54,082 nt of DNA, from the NCBI GenBank assembly GCA_000320545.1, contig ADNK01000974.1, positions 1 to 54,082 of the forward strand, in the 5' to 3' direction. The DNA is from Bigelowiella natans CCMP2755 (lineage: Eukaryota; Protista; Cercozoa). This document shows, in pieces, positions 25,301 through 37,399 of this stretch; the stretch's first letter is position 1; each line of letters starts with the position of its first letter. A program made the translations under genes and the position numbers. The notes beneath the pieces were generated by a model. That model did no database searches and was not told where the DNA came from. It saw only the letters and a list, made by a program, of their open reading frames with translations.

Positions 25301-25500
25301 ATCAGCAGCAGCAAGATCATACTTAAGCGAGTGGTAAAAGCAGAGAATAGATGCAAAAATGGTGGGGTGGAGAGGAGCGGCGGGTCACACAAACGAAAAC
25401 AAAAAATAAATCCAATGAAGTTTCGTGTGTGATGTCAAGGGAGAAGAAAAGGAGGAAAAACACTCTGCAAAGTGCAAAGACTAATATATGCATAAAGACG

Positions 25501-25579
<79 letters not shown>

Positions 25580-28450
25580 CATATGCATATGTACCTGCGC
25601 TTACAGTCGAGCTCCGCATCAAAATAGCTTTTCTCTTCAGTAACAAAGACGTATTCTCTGCCCTTATATCGCATTCTGCGGCCAGGAATCGTACTATCCA
25701 TCGGCTCAATTGTCGGCGTTTGGGCAAACGATGATGAGCTCGCGTATCTGACTGTGTTTGTGAGCGGAAATACCTCTGGGCTAGGAGTGTGGCCTTGAAA
25801 CGACGGCGGTGGGAGAGGGTGTAGGATAATGGACTCATGCCGGCGGACCTCGCACTCTCCCGCGCTTGGAATGTTTATGTACGACGTGTTTCCAAGGGAA
25901 GACGTATTGGACGAATAGATTGTCTCCACGCAACGAGTGGCCACATTGCTATCGTCATCGTCGATTTGAAGGGAGAGGCAGAATGGGGTTTTCTTCACCT
26001 GGATCTTATGCCATCGTCCTGGGCTCAACGCTTGTGCGCTCTCGATGCGAGCGGGGCATCTGTACGAATAGAAGCAACGGAGTCATACACCGTACATAGT
26101 CAGCAGCTGCTCTCAAGATAACCAAATAATTCCGTCTTCCTCATCGCATCGGGACCGGCGGGTAAACCAGGCACATACAAACAGCGTGCACGCATAGGTC
26201 ACAAGACGTGAAGCACCTTTCTCCAGGATTGATTCTTATGTATTTCAGGTTCTTGATTTGACCATTGGTGCAAGTTTTGCTCACGTTAACGGGCATGTCA
26301 CCCGGATTCTGGCGACGGAACTGAAAACAGGAATTCATGGACGAATCAAATTTTTTTAATTCGTATAGAAACATGATGTACTCAGGAAGGGTAACATTGT
26401 CCAGGCATTTTTAAAAAATCAGGCCAAACCAATATCCGATATGTAGCTTTCCCTAAATTAATTGACTAGGCATCTCCAAGCAACGTGTGAGTTGAAAAGC
26501 TATTACCTGAGCTGTGCGGTAGACGGAGTTTCTGAAACCACCGCCACAGATTTGCTCCTCATTATCCCTGCACTTCATGTTACAATCGCCGGCTGGCGTT
26601 TTCTTGCTCGGGCGCTTATTTCCGCAGAAACACTCGTTTGAATTTTGCAGCCCCGCATAAAGATATCCTAGAGTTCTACAGCGTTTCACGCAATTCTCCA
26701 CGCTAACTGAAGAGAGCTCTTGCTTGGCTGGCAATGTCCGGTACGAATTATCTTCGAAACAGCCGATGTAGTTAAGTCTCTAAGATAGAGAAATATCGGC
26801 GTTAAAGAGGTGAAAAATTCTCTTTTGTTGAGCGCGCATAGGTGATAAAAAGTATGGTTAAAAATTAACGAGGCAGGTCTCTATTTGTGTCTCAATTCGA
26901 AGTTGGCGGTGTGATTCGATGCGATTTCTACAGAGTGTGCTAACAGATAGTGCAAAAGTCATGAAATAGCTGTTTGTTTTATGTATCATGGTAGAAGGAG
27001 TTTTACCCATTTGCGCGAGAGTCGATAGTAGCTTCCATCTATGCTATATCGACTTCTCTGCCAGCTGCACAACAAAATGGGCACAGGAGGGGGGGGGGGG
27101 GAACAAGGTGATATCATATGATTGAAAAACCTATAAGGAGGGAGAGAAGAGTAATTGAAAGCGAATCGTTTCGCGGCCAAAGAACAGCAGGCTTCCAAAA
27201 CATTGATTTCGCTTGTGAAAACAGAGTGGATACGACAGCATATCGGGTATCGCGTATTCAAGATTTCTATGGCGTACTTGTTGTTGTCCGCCGTTCCCAT
27301 CCTTGGGTTAAAATCAAACGAGAGTAGAATCACTCGCACAGGTGTATTGGCCGCCAAAGAGTTACCTACGCACACAATGCACCGCGGAGTAAGAATGGCA
27401 GAACACGCAGCTTCAAATTCAGGCAAGAGGTAGGCGTGAATTTTGGTTTACGTTATTGTGTTTGTTGTTTACATTGGTAACTTGTCGCACTTCCCGGATC
27501 ACAACACAAGTGCGTGCCATTGAACCTCAGAGTTGTGTGGTCGGCAGATCCGGGGTCAAACCGAAAAGTTTCGATTTGGCTGCTGTCCGTGCGGAAGTAC
27601 CTGACCTCGCTACTGTGAGCGGAATTGTCGCGCTGAATGGTAAACGTAAGGTCTGTCTCCCATTGGATGTCTTGCCAATTAGGGCACTCGCTCCGGATCT
27701 GAATCAGCTGCCCGTCGGAGAGGAGAACACCCTGTAGGCGGTTGGCATCCTCGTCAGAGTAGCTGTAAGGGCCAAAGAATGAGCCGACATGCCCCGTGTG
27801 CTGCTTGGAAGGATTGAAAGCTTCGAAAGATGCGCCGAGTGTTGGTCCTTTGGTGGCGTCCAGCTAGGGAAAAAACATAGGAATAAGAGTTATCCGGTTT
27901 TTTTTTTTTTTTTGTCTAACAATACGTATTTTATATTCTGCCTTCTCTCTATTTCTCTCTCTTCTCCTGTTGGCGTGTGTTCGCGCGTTCGTACATCTTC
28001 TGCAATTCTACATTGCTCTCATATATTGGACAGAAAATACCTATTTTGATAGTGTCAGCAACAACGTATTCTCGACGTTGTTTACTTACAACTTACACAA
28101 TTCCCTATTCGCTCACATACCTGTGACTGCAACGGTATCCTATCGCACACAAGCTTTTGGTTCATCCACACACTCACCAGAGAGTCGCTCGAAAGCCTTA
28201 TTTTGAGCCGGTTCCAATTTTCGCCCTAAATGATGAGGATGATGATGATGATAAAAACGAATGATGCCGATTGATTATAAAGTTGTGGTGGTGGTGACGA
28301 TGTTTATTGCGGTGGAGGTGATGGAAGGCGCAAAACAAACGGTTATATCACATCTAGACAGACAATACATCTTAGCATTAACCAACATATTTTCAGAACA
28401 AAAGTCACACCAGAATACACATCGAATCCCACCAATGAATAAAGGAAAAC

Positions 28451-28484
<34 letters not shown>

Positions 28485-29835
28485 TACATTTATGGGGAAC
28501 TGGTGCACGGCAACACTTTTAAAGGAAATTTAATGGGAAATCAACTTGAGCTGCACGCCGTTCTTCTAATCTCTTCAACCTATCACCTGCGTTTCATATA
28601 CGCGATTTCTCCAAGTGCCTCCACACTCCTGCTCAGCATTACCCTGGCAGGGCATGCTGCACTCAGTAAGGGGTTTCTTATTCGAAGGTAGGACGTTCCC
28701 ACAAAAACATTGCGATCCAATTTGGAGGCCAGCATATTTATAACCTCCAGCTTTACAGGCATCAATACACTTCTCCCTGTCAAGACTTGGTACATATTGA
28801 TGGTGAGGCAGGGTCCGCTGGGAGAAATCTTCGAAACATCCCATCATGTGCTGCAAAAGTTTTATGCCAAGAATTGGTTACCACTCTTTACTTCAGATAC
28901 AGTTTACATATATTTATTTATTTCGAAACAAAAAATATGAGAACGACGAACGTTGATCATCTATCTTGGGGATAGCATCAACAATAAGCTCGCATACAAA
29001 AGTAAATACTCCGCTTGGTCAGAGGCTTTGCACCGTTACCAGCAATTTGTCTCATGAATAAATGGGACGATGCAAACGAGTGTGTAAAGTTTCGGAGCAG
29101 AAACCAAGCAAAGCTCTCACCAAAATCATGCAATAATGACGCAGCGAAGGTTTCGGCACTACGCAACAGGGAAGAGGGAAAAATACGACAGCTTCGTCGA
29201 AGTATACAAGACGATGGTGATGATGGTTGATTCTGTACCGTGTCGCATTCAGGAAACACTTGATCGTTGACGGTAATCCTGTACCCTGTCTGACGTGGCT
29301 CAATAGCAACCATCTTTGAGACGGAGTCGAAGGCAGTGGAAATCTGCCTCTCCGTACGACCAAAGGTCACTTTGCAGGAGGGATCGATCGATGAGGCTGC
29401 CCCTTGAACAAGCTTCAAATCAACGGAAACCTCGAAGGCAGCCGACGCGATAACAGTCGTAGCTTTTCTTCGCTGTGTACCCGCCTCTGTAGCCCTTCCA
29501 AGCACATCGTTGGCTTCGGCGAACGAAAGTGGAGAGGCCCCAAGCAATATTGTCGTGGGAGCGATTCCGCCCAGCGACGTATATTCGAACGCCACTTTGC
29601 CCTGGTTGCGAGGGTGATACCCCCTACCCATCCCGTACAGCCGCATGCTTGCATCGCTTGACTGCAAGATCATTGGAAAATCCCCCGTAACGAAGCTGCC
29701 ATGATCAAAGCGTACATCGACGGAGAAAGTAAAGGCCTCTCGGTTGCTGCTGTTGAGCCCAGCAACTTTGGTGTGCGGGCTAACAACGAAGCCCGGGCGA
29801 GTTGATGCCGTTTCTGAGAATATTGCATATATATA

Positions 29836-29872
<37 letters not shown>

Positions 29873-32112
29873 TAATGATAGTAGTGTGACTTGTGTAGGT
29901 GACTTTTGTAGGTTATTTGAAACCAGCCCGATGGTTTCTAGAGCCGAAACTTCCATAAACTCAATCCGATGAACATATACTCGTAATTACCCCCCGACTA
30001 AATACTTGACGAAATGTCGATGTAAAAGACTTTTTTTTAGAGATCCGAAGAAAGTAGGCGCAAGCTTCGCCCCAAACCCCCTCCTTCCCACTTCCTTTCT
30101 GTCTCCAACACATTACCTTCATATGGATGGGAAAGGGAGATCTTTGTAGTATCCGTTTGATTTAATCGGAAACGAGGCTTTTCCTCAGTGAGGCAGCCAT
30201 ACCGCCAATTGCGCAACCTAATCGCCCCCCCCCCAGCGTAGTAAAACCCACCCTGCTTCTTCGTCACCACGGATGAGGAGGTGGTGGTGGAGGAGGAGGG
30301 CAGGTTGACTCTACATACCTCGGTACCATTCTGGGAAAGGGTGAGAACGCTTTGTGCTCGCACGATCTGGATTTTCGTCCACTGTGCCAGGGGCAAGGAA
30401 CGCTCGGAGTCACAGCTGTAATTGGAGGAGGAAGAAACGTCATAGTAGAGGACTCGTAGCTTACGATCTGGCCTCAGAAATATGCCCGGATTGCTCAGTT
30501 TCAGCCAATTCGTTTTCGCTTCCCCAAAACTTCCTACTAAAGCGATCGGGCTCCCACCTGCAACAAGCCGCTCGACTTCCCATGGAAGAAGAGGGCGGTT
30601 GTAAACTCGGAAATCAAACAATAACCCCTCGAATTTGCCAGCGTAGCCTCCTCCTGTTATGAGATGAAGGATGGGCAATGAAATGATGGGAGAGCTGTTG
30701 TACATGCAACACGATGTGAAGGGAAGAACGCTGAGGTCATATTTGTTTTCGATGAAGTAATACGATGGCGGAAATTAAGAGAAATTTCCGCGGCAAATAA
30801 AACCAAAAAAAAATTAAACAGTGGCATTTTCACTTTCAGCATGATTGTGTGATTTGGACACGTTATTCAGCGGTATATAATCCATCTTCACTTTCAGCAT
30901 GATTGTGTGATTTGAACACGTCCGCTAGGTGAGCATGTAAACCGAGATTTTGTTATTCATTGTGTTTGTGCAAGCAGCAACGACGGACATACCAATGTAT
31001 TTTGGGCGAATGCAAGGGCCAGCACTGCTATTGATAGCTCGCGGTTCCCCAGTATTTCTGCTTACTTTATCTGTGACAGCAGTCAACCTTCCGTTTAAAT
31101 AATACGCAATCGTCTTCGCTTGAAGATCTCTAACGATTGCAAAATGCGTCCAGTCTGCCGAAGATATGGCTGGCTCATTCCATGCCTGGAAATATCCATG
31201 GCCACGCCCAGTACCGTAGTAATAACTGATTCTACCACTTAGTTCTAAAGTGCCAGCACCTTCCATGTCGTAGCCAAAATCAAATACACTTTGCTGGCTT
31301 CTTCGGTTTGCAGGCGCTTTCACCCAAAATGCGACTGTTTGGTCATGGCGCGTAGAGAAACCGGAGGTTTCTACCTTGACCACTGAGCAGGGCATGGAAG
31401 CGTCTAAACACTTGGAAATTGGGTAATCGACACAGCCGCAACCAGAACTGACCGCGCACGCATATTGACCCCTATGATTGGCCTGAAGGCTCTCGATGAA
31501 GTCAATCGGCGGACAGATTTTCATTTTAGGCTCTGCAATAACCCCATTGGTGCTGTTCGCCGACGTTCCATCATACTCCTCAAGATGGTACACCAACCCG
31601 TTCGCTAGTTCCCTTCGAGGCGAAGATGTCGGCGAGACTTCCAAATACGTGGTGAATTCTGAGCAAATTTCCCCAACTTGCAGCGGCAGATCCGCTCTTC
31701 CTCCTTCTCTGTCGGGCGTGCTCCTCTCGGGTGAGATGAGCGACGGAGGCACACTGAAAGACTGGTAGCCGACTTCAACCTCCACAACATCAACCTTACG
31801 AGTAAGCGGTCCAGGGAACTTGCTTTGGTAGAGTACGTACGCGCCAACTGAGAACCACCAAGTGCCAAACAGTGTGTTCCCGTCGAGGAGGGAGTCGGGG
31901 GAGGAGTGTGACATGAGACCGCCAAATTTATATTTGTCACCCGGCTCTCCAATGTAAAAGGTAGATATCTGCTTGACGGTTTTCGGCACTTCGCCGAAAT
32001 GAAGGTATGGGTTGACGTCCTGCTTCCAATGTTGCTGGTAGAGATTTGTGCCTGGCCAGTGCATGATGAACCTATCGGAGAACAAGATGACCACAGAGGT
32101 ATAAATAAATAA

Positions 32113-32156
<44 letters not shown>

Positions 32157-32980
32157 TGTGTTTGTTTGTGGTGTATAGTTCTTCATATAAAGGACAGAAC
32201 AAACAGACTTAAACTGTTTCGTCTTTGTGTTTGGAAGGCCAACGCAAAACCAAAGAGCAATAACATACTCGTACTGCGAGTCCTCTCCCACGTAGTGACC
32301 CAAGTCATCCAGCACCGCAAACTTGCTCGACATGGGGGCGCGAGCGTTCCTTCGAAATTGAAATTGTGGCCATAGATCCGCTGCAGAGATACGACAAGAA
32401 GAAGCACGCAGTAGAGGATACACGACGACATTAGATTCGATTATTGCGCCGATAATACCGAAGCGATTCATATACGAATATGTACTACTATCGCATGTCT
32501 TAATGTAGATATAATATCAAGGGAAACAATGACAATGATCCTGATTAGGATGCTTCACGCCGAAAAGGCAGAGAGGGAGAGGGGAGTTCAGCTATAATAA
32601 GCAGGGAATTTTTCCCAACATTACCTGCATCCACCGTGTCGCGCATAATCAGTGCCCGCCTCTTGGGCGGACTTGCAGGAGGATCCGATATGCGCAAGAA
32701 AGCGACTGGCCCTTTCCCGCGACAACGAATATGAAACGCTGCTTTACCAGCAGATGATGATGATGATGGTGCACAGCCCCAGGTTTCCCCCCCTTTTGCA
32801 TCCTTCACTAGAAGGGTTTGTCGTTGCGGTGAAGAGCTCGAAGCAGATTTTTCAGATGAGTTTGAATCACGAGCGATGACTGAGGATTGCTCATGTATCT
32901 GTAGTATGGTGTATAGGAAAGGGGGGAAGGGGACAAAAGTCCGAGGACACAGAGATTCAACAGTATTCAAATGCTGTACA

Positions 32981-33023
<43 letters not shown>

Positions 33024-33620
33024 GTGTGTGTGTGTGTGTGTGTGTTTGTGTATTATTACTGTTTGGTCATCAACACTTCCAGATATTGTAACTGGGCACG
33101 TTCCTCCCTCAGCTTGCCTCTCCTCCCCTTCGATCTTTCTATAGTAGCTCATCGATGGCGGGCGCTGGTAGGACAGCCCAGCGTCGTCGTTTAAAGCCGA
33201 GGGGCACGAGAGCAAGCATGCGTCCTTCGCAAGAGCAATAACCTCAACCTAAAGAAGGTCAATTAGAGAGAGAATATGAATCCCATAATCGGTTCGTTTC
33301 TCATTTCACAATCTCCGTTTCGGCGCGGATAAATTACTATCTGAGCCATAGTATTTATCAGCACGCTTGCTATATAAATACTCTATTCTCTACTACCTCG
33401 CAAATCGAAAGACGTTCGCTGCGACCAGGCCGCGTGATGTTTATCATATTTGCGCGTACAGGCTGCGGTCCACTGGTGCAGTCGAATTCTCTCATCTGGT
33501 CAACTCCAATTGATGCATTGCTCACACAGAGATGACTACCAACGTACAATGAAAACCCCGTCAGCTCCTGAGTCGACCTGACAAAACCAAGAAAATGTAT
33601 GAGAATGTACGCTCGTTCAA

Positions 33621-33666
<46 letters not shown>

Positions 33667-34423
33667 GTGTATGTGTATTTGTGCGTGCGTTTATTTATTT
33701 ATGTTAACATCTCTTCAGCCACATACCCGCGCGAATATATCTTAACCGTAGTAATATCAAAGATCGCTCCAAGATCCAGCCTCCACCACGGATTATCCTC
33801 AACCTTTGTTTGAGCACAGCTATAACCGGAACCATCGGTTATAACAGCCCTGCCGAGACTCAGATCAATTGCGCGTCGTGCCCGTGTATATACAGACGAC
33901 GTGCTACTTTGCTTTGCTGTTCCATACATGGCGATGTTCATGTAGCTTCGACTGCTTGGATTCGGTGAATGTAAAGAAAAACCGCTACATCCACCAAGGT
34001 CGTCACAGGATCGCTGTATAGCCTCGAAGTCCGAAAACGGCCTGCATTTCAATACAAGGCAATTTGAAGGAATATCGGCTTGGCGCGTATAATTGCTTCT
34101 CCCGCCGCTGCTGCTGCTACTTCCGCTGTTTATGTTGAGCAGCTGGTTTTGGGTCGTAACTATGGCCAAGTTTCCCTGCTTGGAGACCCGAACTTGGGGT
34201 ATTGAGACTGGTGTACCACCGCCGCAGGTAAACGTGAGGTTTGTCAATGATGAGGTGAGAGGGGGGGGGGGAGGTAATCGGTACTTGCCTCCTAAGAAAT
34301 CAAACAAAATTCCAACACAGAATGATCAAACTGCGATGGTGAGGTTCTGAAAATAAAAATCGAAGCATGCATAGCATCTTTGGAAAGACGGCGCGTTGGT
34401 GCTACTCAGCAGCTTTCACACAG

Positions 34424-34470
<47 letters not shown>

Positions 34471-35928
34471 TTGATTCAAGCAATACCGGTATCCGCCTCT
34501 CCCCATGTCACAATCGGCGTTGTTTCGTTGCTCGTCATCGCGGCAAAAGCGCAGCAGGAGGCGGACAAAACACTAGCACCAAGGGTTATGTTCCCCGTTG
34601 ATTTCCCCCACGCAACAGCTTCATTTGCCTCCGTTATGGCAGCAAACCCTGCGTCATTGCCGACGATATCTCGCACTTGCTCGCGTTTAAGTTTGTCCAA
34701 AACCGACACTGGCAGCCTCCATACCCCCGACTGGCTAGGATCGCCCCACATCAATACATCGTCATCATGCATTACAACAGCGAAACCCATAGGCCCAGGA
34801 AAGACCTTCTTCACCCCCTCCCCCTTGATCAGCCTCCGCCATGTGTCTTGATGTAGAACCCTTCCGCCTTTGATCCTGTCCCCCCACGTCACCACAGAGG
34901 ACTTGTTTTTGAATATGGAAGGAAGGGGAGCGTAGGTCGGGCTCAGCGTTGTAGGGGCACAACTTGACGGAGTAAAGCTCGGGACCGCTGTGAGCGGATG
35001 GTAAGTGGTGGGTGTTGATGACGGGGATGACGAAGATGGGGATGTTGTCGGCGTCCTTGTTGTTGGGCAGCATGATTGAGGACTGGTTGAAGGCGCTGAC
35101 GACGACGGAGCTGTAGACACTGGGCTCGTTGTGGTTGGGGAAGATGTCAGCGGCTTACTGGTATATACGAACACTTTGGCTTTATAAAATCGGTCGCTTG
35201 CTGGGCTGGAGCGAAATTCATCGACACCACTAGCAACCTGTCTCATCCCAATCCCTGATGTACCAGAATACATGAAGAAGAAACATACGAAGAAGATGAA
35301 GGAAGAAGCAAAAGAAAAATGCGCTGCATTCACACGTGAGCGTAAAAATAGGGAGCAATCGGTAAATTTTTAAAGGCAATTCGTTCGTCAGCCAACTTGA
35401 AAGCATCACACCAACCACATGTTACATTTTACCTTCTGATGTTCCTGGACAACAGCAGCAGCCTCTTTCGTCTCGAAAGAACCCTAGACGAAAATTCAGA
35501 TCGTTTCCCCGCCCACCATTGACGGAAAGGCTTGGAAAACAATATCGATCTTCGAAGCCGCTCTTGGACACATTGAAAGGGTTCGGCGGATTGACGCTGT
35601 TATAGTTGTTGCCAATTGTTGTGACGGATTGGAAAGCGCTCTTCGGTTTCGTTGATGTTGAAGCGCAAGTGGCAATGGCAGTTCTCCCATTGCGAACAAT
35701 ATCTCTTAAGGTCATTGTTGATTCCGAAGCAGAGAAAAAATGGAAAGACTGCGAAAAGCCTGTGATTAGGAGGTGTCGTAAGACTTTTCAGCGAAGCTCT
35801 ACGCACGTCCGAAAATCAACGGTCGCGGTGCTCCCATTTTCAGGTGTGCGCATTGGCCGAAGCAATCAATATAAACCATTCGTATAAACACACGCACACA
35901 CAAATGCATATATGCATATACATATAAA

Positions 35929-35996
<68 letters not shown>

Positions 35997-37120
35997 CTTT
36001 TGGGGTAGGAAATCCGTTAATAATCATGCGTAACGACGACTCAGACGAGCAGCGGAATAGTGTTTCTGTATTCCCAGCGCCATCCGCACACCAAAACACA
36101 CGTGCAGCAAGAAAAATTATTTACCATTCATCTCGATGCGCACACCCTCGAGATCTACCAGATAGTATGGCGCATATATGAAGTTGGTCCCTGACTGGTA
36201 TGGCTGGTTCTTGCCCCAGGCGACGCCAGCATAGCGAAATTGATTGTTATCCTCATTTATCTCTACTGCTAAATACTCCTGATTGTTACCATCCGATAGT
36301 AGACATTAAAGAAAGGCGCTATTGTTAGAACATGTTTGGAAGTGGTGTAGTACTAACATGCAAGGTCCGTACCGTTATCGACGTGGGGCTCGAAGACATA
36401 AGGGTGGAGGGAGACGTAGACGTCGGGGACACACTGATAATAGGCACACTCGTCGGAGAACCTAGAAAAGGAAGCAGACGGGGTTTGAGTAAACGATAGA
36501 AGAGCATACGACGGAACAGTGCACATTGCGAAAGGCTTATGATGAAATCTTTCTCTACCTGAAATAGGAGCATATGTTGAGGTTGGAACGGCTGTGGCTG
36601 GCGTAACACTTGGTGATTGTGACAGAGGAGACATTGACGGCGATTGTGACACAGGAGATACCGATGTTGGGTCTGCTGTCGACGGTGCAGCTGTCGTGGG
36701 AGCTGTCGTTGATGGTGATATTGTTGTCGGCGAAAGCGAAGGCGCGGCCGTTGTTGGGGAGGGCGATGGTGAAAAGCTCGGGGTGGATGGTGCTTGTGTC
36801 GTCGGTGTAGCAGAGGGGCATCTAGTAGCTGGAGAGAGAGATGGAGTGCGCGTATGTGGGGATATTGATGGAGTGTAGGTTGCTGTTGGGGCGGATGAAG
36901 GCTTGTTAGTCGGTCTGTGAACGTGTGGCGTATGGCCATGAGGATAGTGATGGTGCTGAAATCCTAAGATTTTGGCTCTATTCGGACTATATTGTTGTTT
37001 TCTCTGATTGTCGCTGAAGCCTCGGTAGCTAGGTATGCCCGCCTCTCCATCTTTCCAAGCTATGCTCTCATTCCCCCACACCAACGTAAATAGGAGGAGC
37101 GGGAGACACACGAAGACCAT
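13296..37120 (-). CDS. Giant multi-exon polycystin-1-like surface receptor: signal peptide, mucin-like S/T/P tracts, RCC1-like repeats, F-type lectin, LamG, 2x WSC, C-type lectins, REJ, GPS, TM region, PDZ-like tail (single-gene model inferred)
   Basis: An uninterrupted run of minus-strand coding exons separated by microsatellite-rich GT-AG introns. The only signal-peptide-like start I found is at 37120 and the TM segments are in the last exon. It could be two or more genes. Confidence 0.6.
18876..21437 (-). CDS. Large exon: C-type lectin, carbohydrate-binding jelly-roll-like segment, PAN/apple-like segment, RCC1-like (VxAWG..GG) repeats, Ser/Thr/Pro stalk
   Basis: 853-aa ORF with LVSIHS..VWVGL..FRWTDGSPVNF, NGDFE, repeated AFAA....VIAWG...GG and PTTTSPSTTSP. 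Confidence 0.85.
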   Translation of the reverse strand: MVGRNPPLSPPIYSDCDGDGVPDPVCTNSAGSTSAVLSSEGCQERPSFQCPILSQNNYNQQGYWEAECGSRWGMKLVSIHSRQELLNIKDRLLRATNDEEVMHVWVGLIGNMTEGGSFRWTDGSPVNFLPIEDPEQLRLYNNGATGVSNEGGFCFTLNNLGTLTPMSCSAKAKTVGYYLCADASPATSRALMLSGSVRNFRISHDKAMKKSYALSARPSSGEVTFLNGDFEQPKAVAASPSAPAYWSGNGAFVALQRGVGTGDLDSGSGQQVLSLNGTGAFVRQNLTGLKPNKTYAIHFLSATAHSTLGLLTCTLSVRVNGTLLSTITGSTGFSAHSVKFAAVGPSASLAFEAKGKCLIDGVVVRREDEGGKALAATRRAFAAILPNGTVIAWGDKNAGGEIPPLKDALMRSSGRAAALFASTSRGNDGDSGMFSAWLSDGSVVSWGAQDAGEEGRVRFSCHDNIEELSPSALTCIRGACPIPDWQDLDMNFAECRRRCINSTVLCGGFFFDGHSRECVLVPHSSEKVPVSAITAPSTSLFSGTVPAYLPANHTYCTLLAARHVDRDSIVANDMSFAGKRLDGTIAAWGYRDYGGGLPKILSSTRVHTIVAGAVSFAAITNGFSKLVAWGYGTASSIPDHIETRLNDEKIASLATSGWAYAVLTNRTRAVLAWGDPGAGGDVAANGKNLTSSLSQEVVEITGTNYAFAARKSDGSVVAWGNVHCGGYTDPIRSELEKGIFHVFGGAVNGGSRGCGAFLASRWKYTATPTTTSPSTTSPATNSPTTFAPSFSPSTCSPSTNAPTFTPPMVIEARLSDTLQYIILTFHRPTNTPTEDCAVLLSSATLGKLGSICL
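24311..25294 (-). CDS. C-type lectin exon(s) of the large receptor
   Basis: FGLND..EGTFAYTDGTPTDYTAWAWGEPNNWGGAEDC..WNDYGC carries the EPN and WND mannose-type Ca2+ motifs. A second lectin begins at CQMYAMRLASIHS. Confidence 0.85.
26453..26780 (-). CDS. WSC domain exon
   Basis: YIGCFED..SVENCVKRCRTLGYLYAGLQNSNECFCGN...CNMKC...ICGG..RNSVY. Confidence 0.85.
28575..28856 (-). CDS. WSC domain exon
   Basis: MGCFED..EKCIDACKAGGYKYAGLQIGSQCFCGN...CSMPCQGNAEQECGGTWRNRVY. Confidence 0.85.
   Translation of the reverse strand: MQHMMGCFEDFSQRTLPHHQYVPSLDREKCIDACKAGGYKYAGLQIGSQCFCGNVLPSNKKPLTECSMPCQGNAEQECGGTWRNRVYETQVIG
30037..32094 (-). CDS. LamG/concanavalin-like exons
   Basis: TVAFWVK...WTHFAIVRD...YYLNGRL, continuing after an intron as FEGLLFDFRVYNRPL..EV. 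Confidence 0.75.
30826..30922. repeat. ~36-bp direct repeat in intron
   Basis: ttcactttcagcatgattgtgtgatttg(g/a)acacgt occurs twice, 58 bp apart. Confidence 0.8.
33395..34250 (-). CDS. F-type lectin (fucolectin/F5-8-like) exons
   Basis: NIAMYGTAKQSST...ARRAID...SCAQT..EDNPWWRLDLG..FDITTVKIYSR. Confidence 0.8.
34476..35270 (-). CDS. Exon with Ser/Thr/Pro mucin-like tract and RCC1-like repeats
   Basis: SSPTTTSPVSTAP...; VVTWGD..GG, GNDAGFAAI...AVAWG, CAFAAM...IVTWG. Confidence 0.75.
   Translation of the reverse strand, partial: YSGTSGIGMRQVASGVDEFRSSPASDRFYKAKVFVYTSKPLTSSPTTTSPVSTAPSSSAPSTSPQSCCPTTRTPTTSPSSSSPSSTPTTYHPLTAVPSFTPSSCAPTTLSPTYAPLPSIFKNKSSVVTWGDRIKGGRVLHQDTWRRLIKGEGVKKVFPGPMGFAVVMHDDDVLMWGDPSQSGVWRLPVSVLDKLKREQVRDIVGNDAGFAAITEANEAVAWGKSTGNITLGASVLSASCCAFAAMTSNETTPIVTWGEADTGIA
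36560..37120 (-). CDS. First exon: signal peptide plus mucin-like PT/PS stalk
   Basis: Hydrophobic leader MVFVCLPLLLFTLVWG, followed by PTNKPSSAPTATYTPS.. repeats. Confidence 0.7.
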
Positions 37121-37399
37121 GCAGGAAGCTCACCCTTCCGTTAGCACCGTTGCATTTTCAAACGAGTTTATCTTCATGGTGCGTACAGTGCAGAAGCAGA
37201 ACTGCGGTAGTTTGTTCCCGCTGCTTGTTCCCGAGCAGAGCAAATCAGGTAGATTTAGGGTGCAGGGACGGGGGGCAGGGAAATGGAAATACGTGCACGG
37301 TTACACACACACTGCAGCATCATGAGGCATTGAATGCAGGCCTTTGAATGCGTGCGACATGCATTTGAAAAAGAAATGTAATTATTTTGTCGGCATTTT

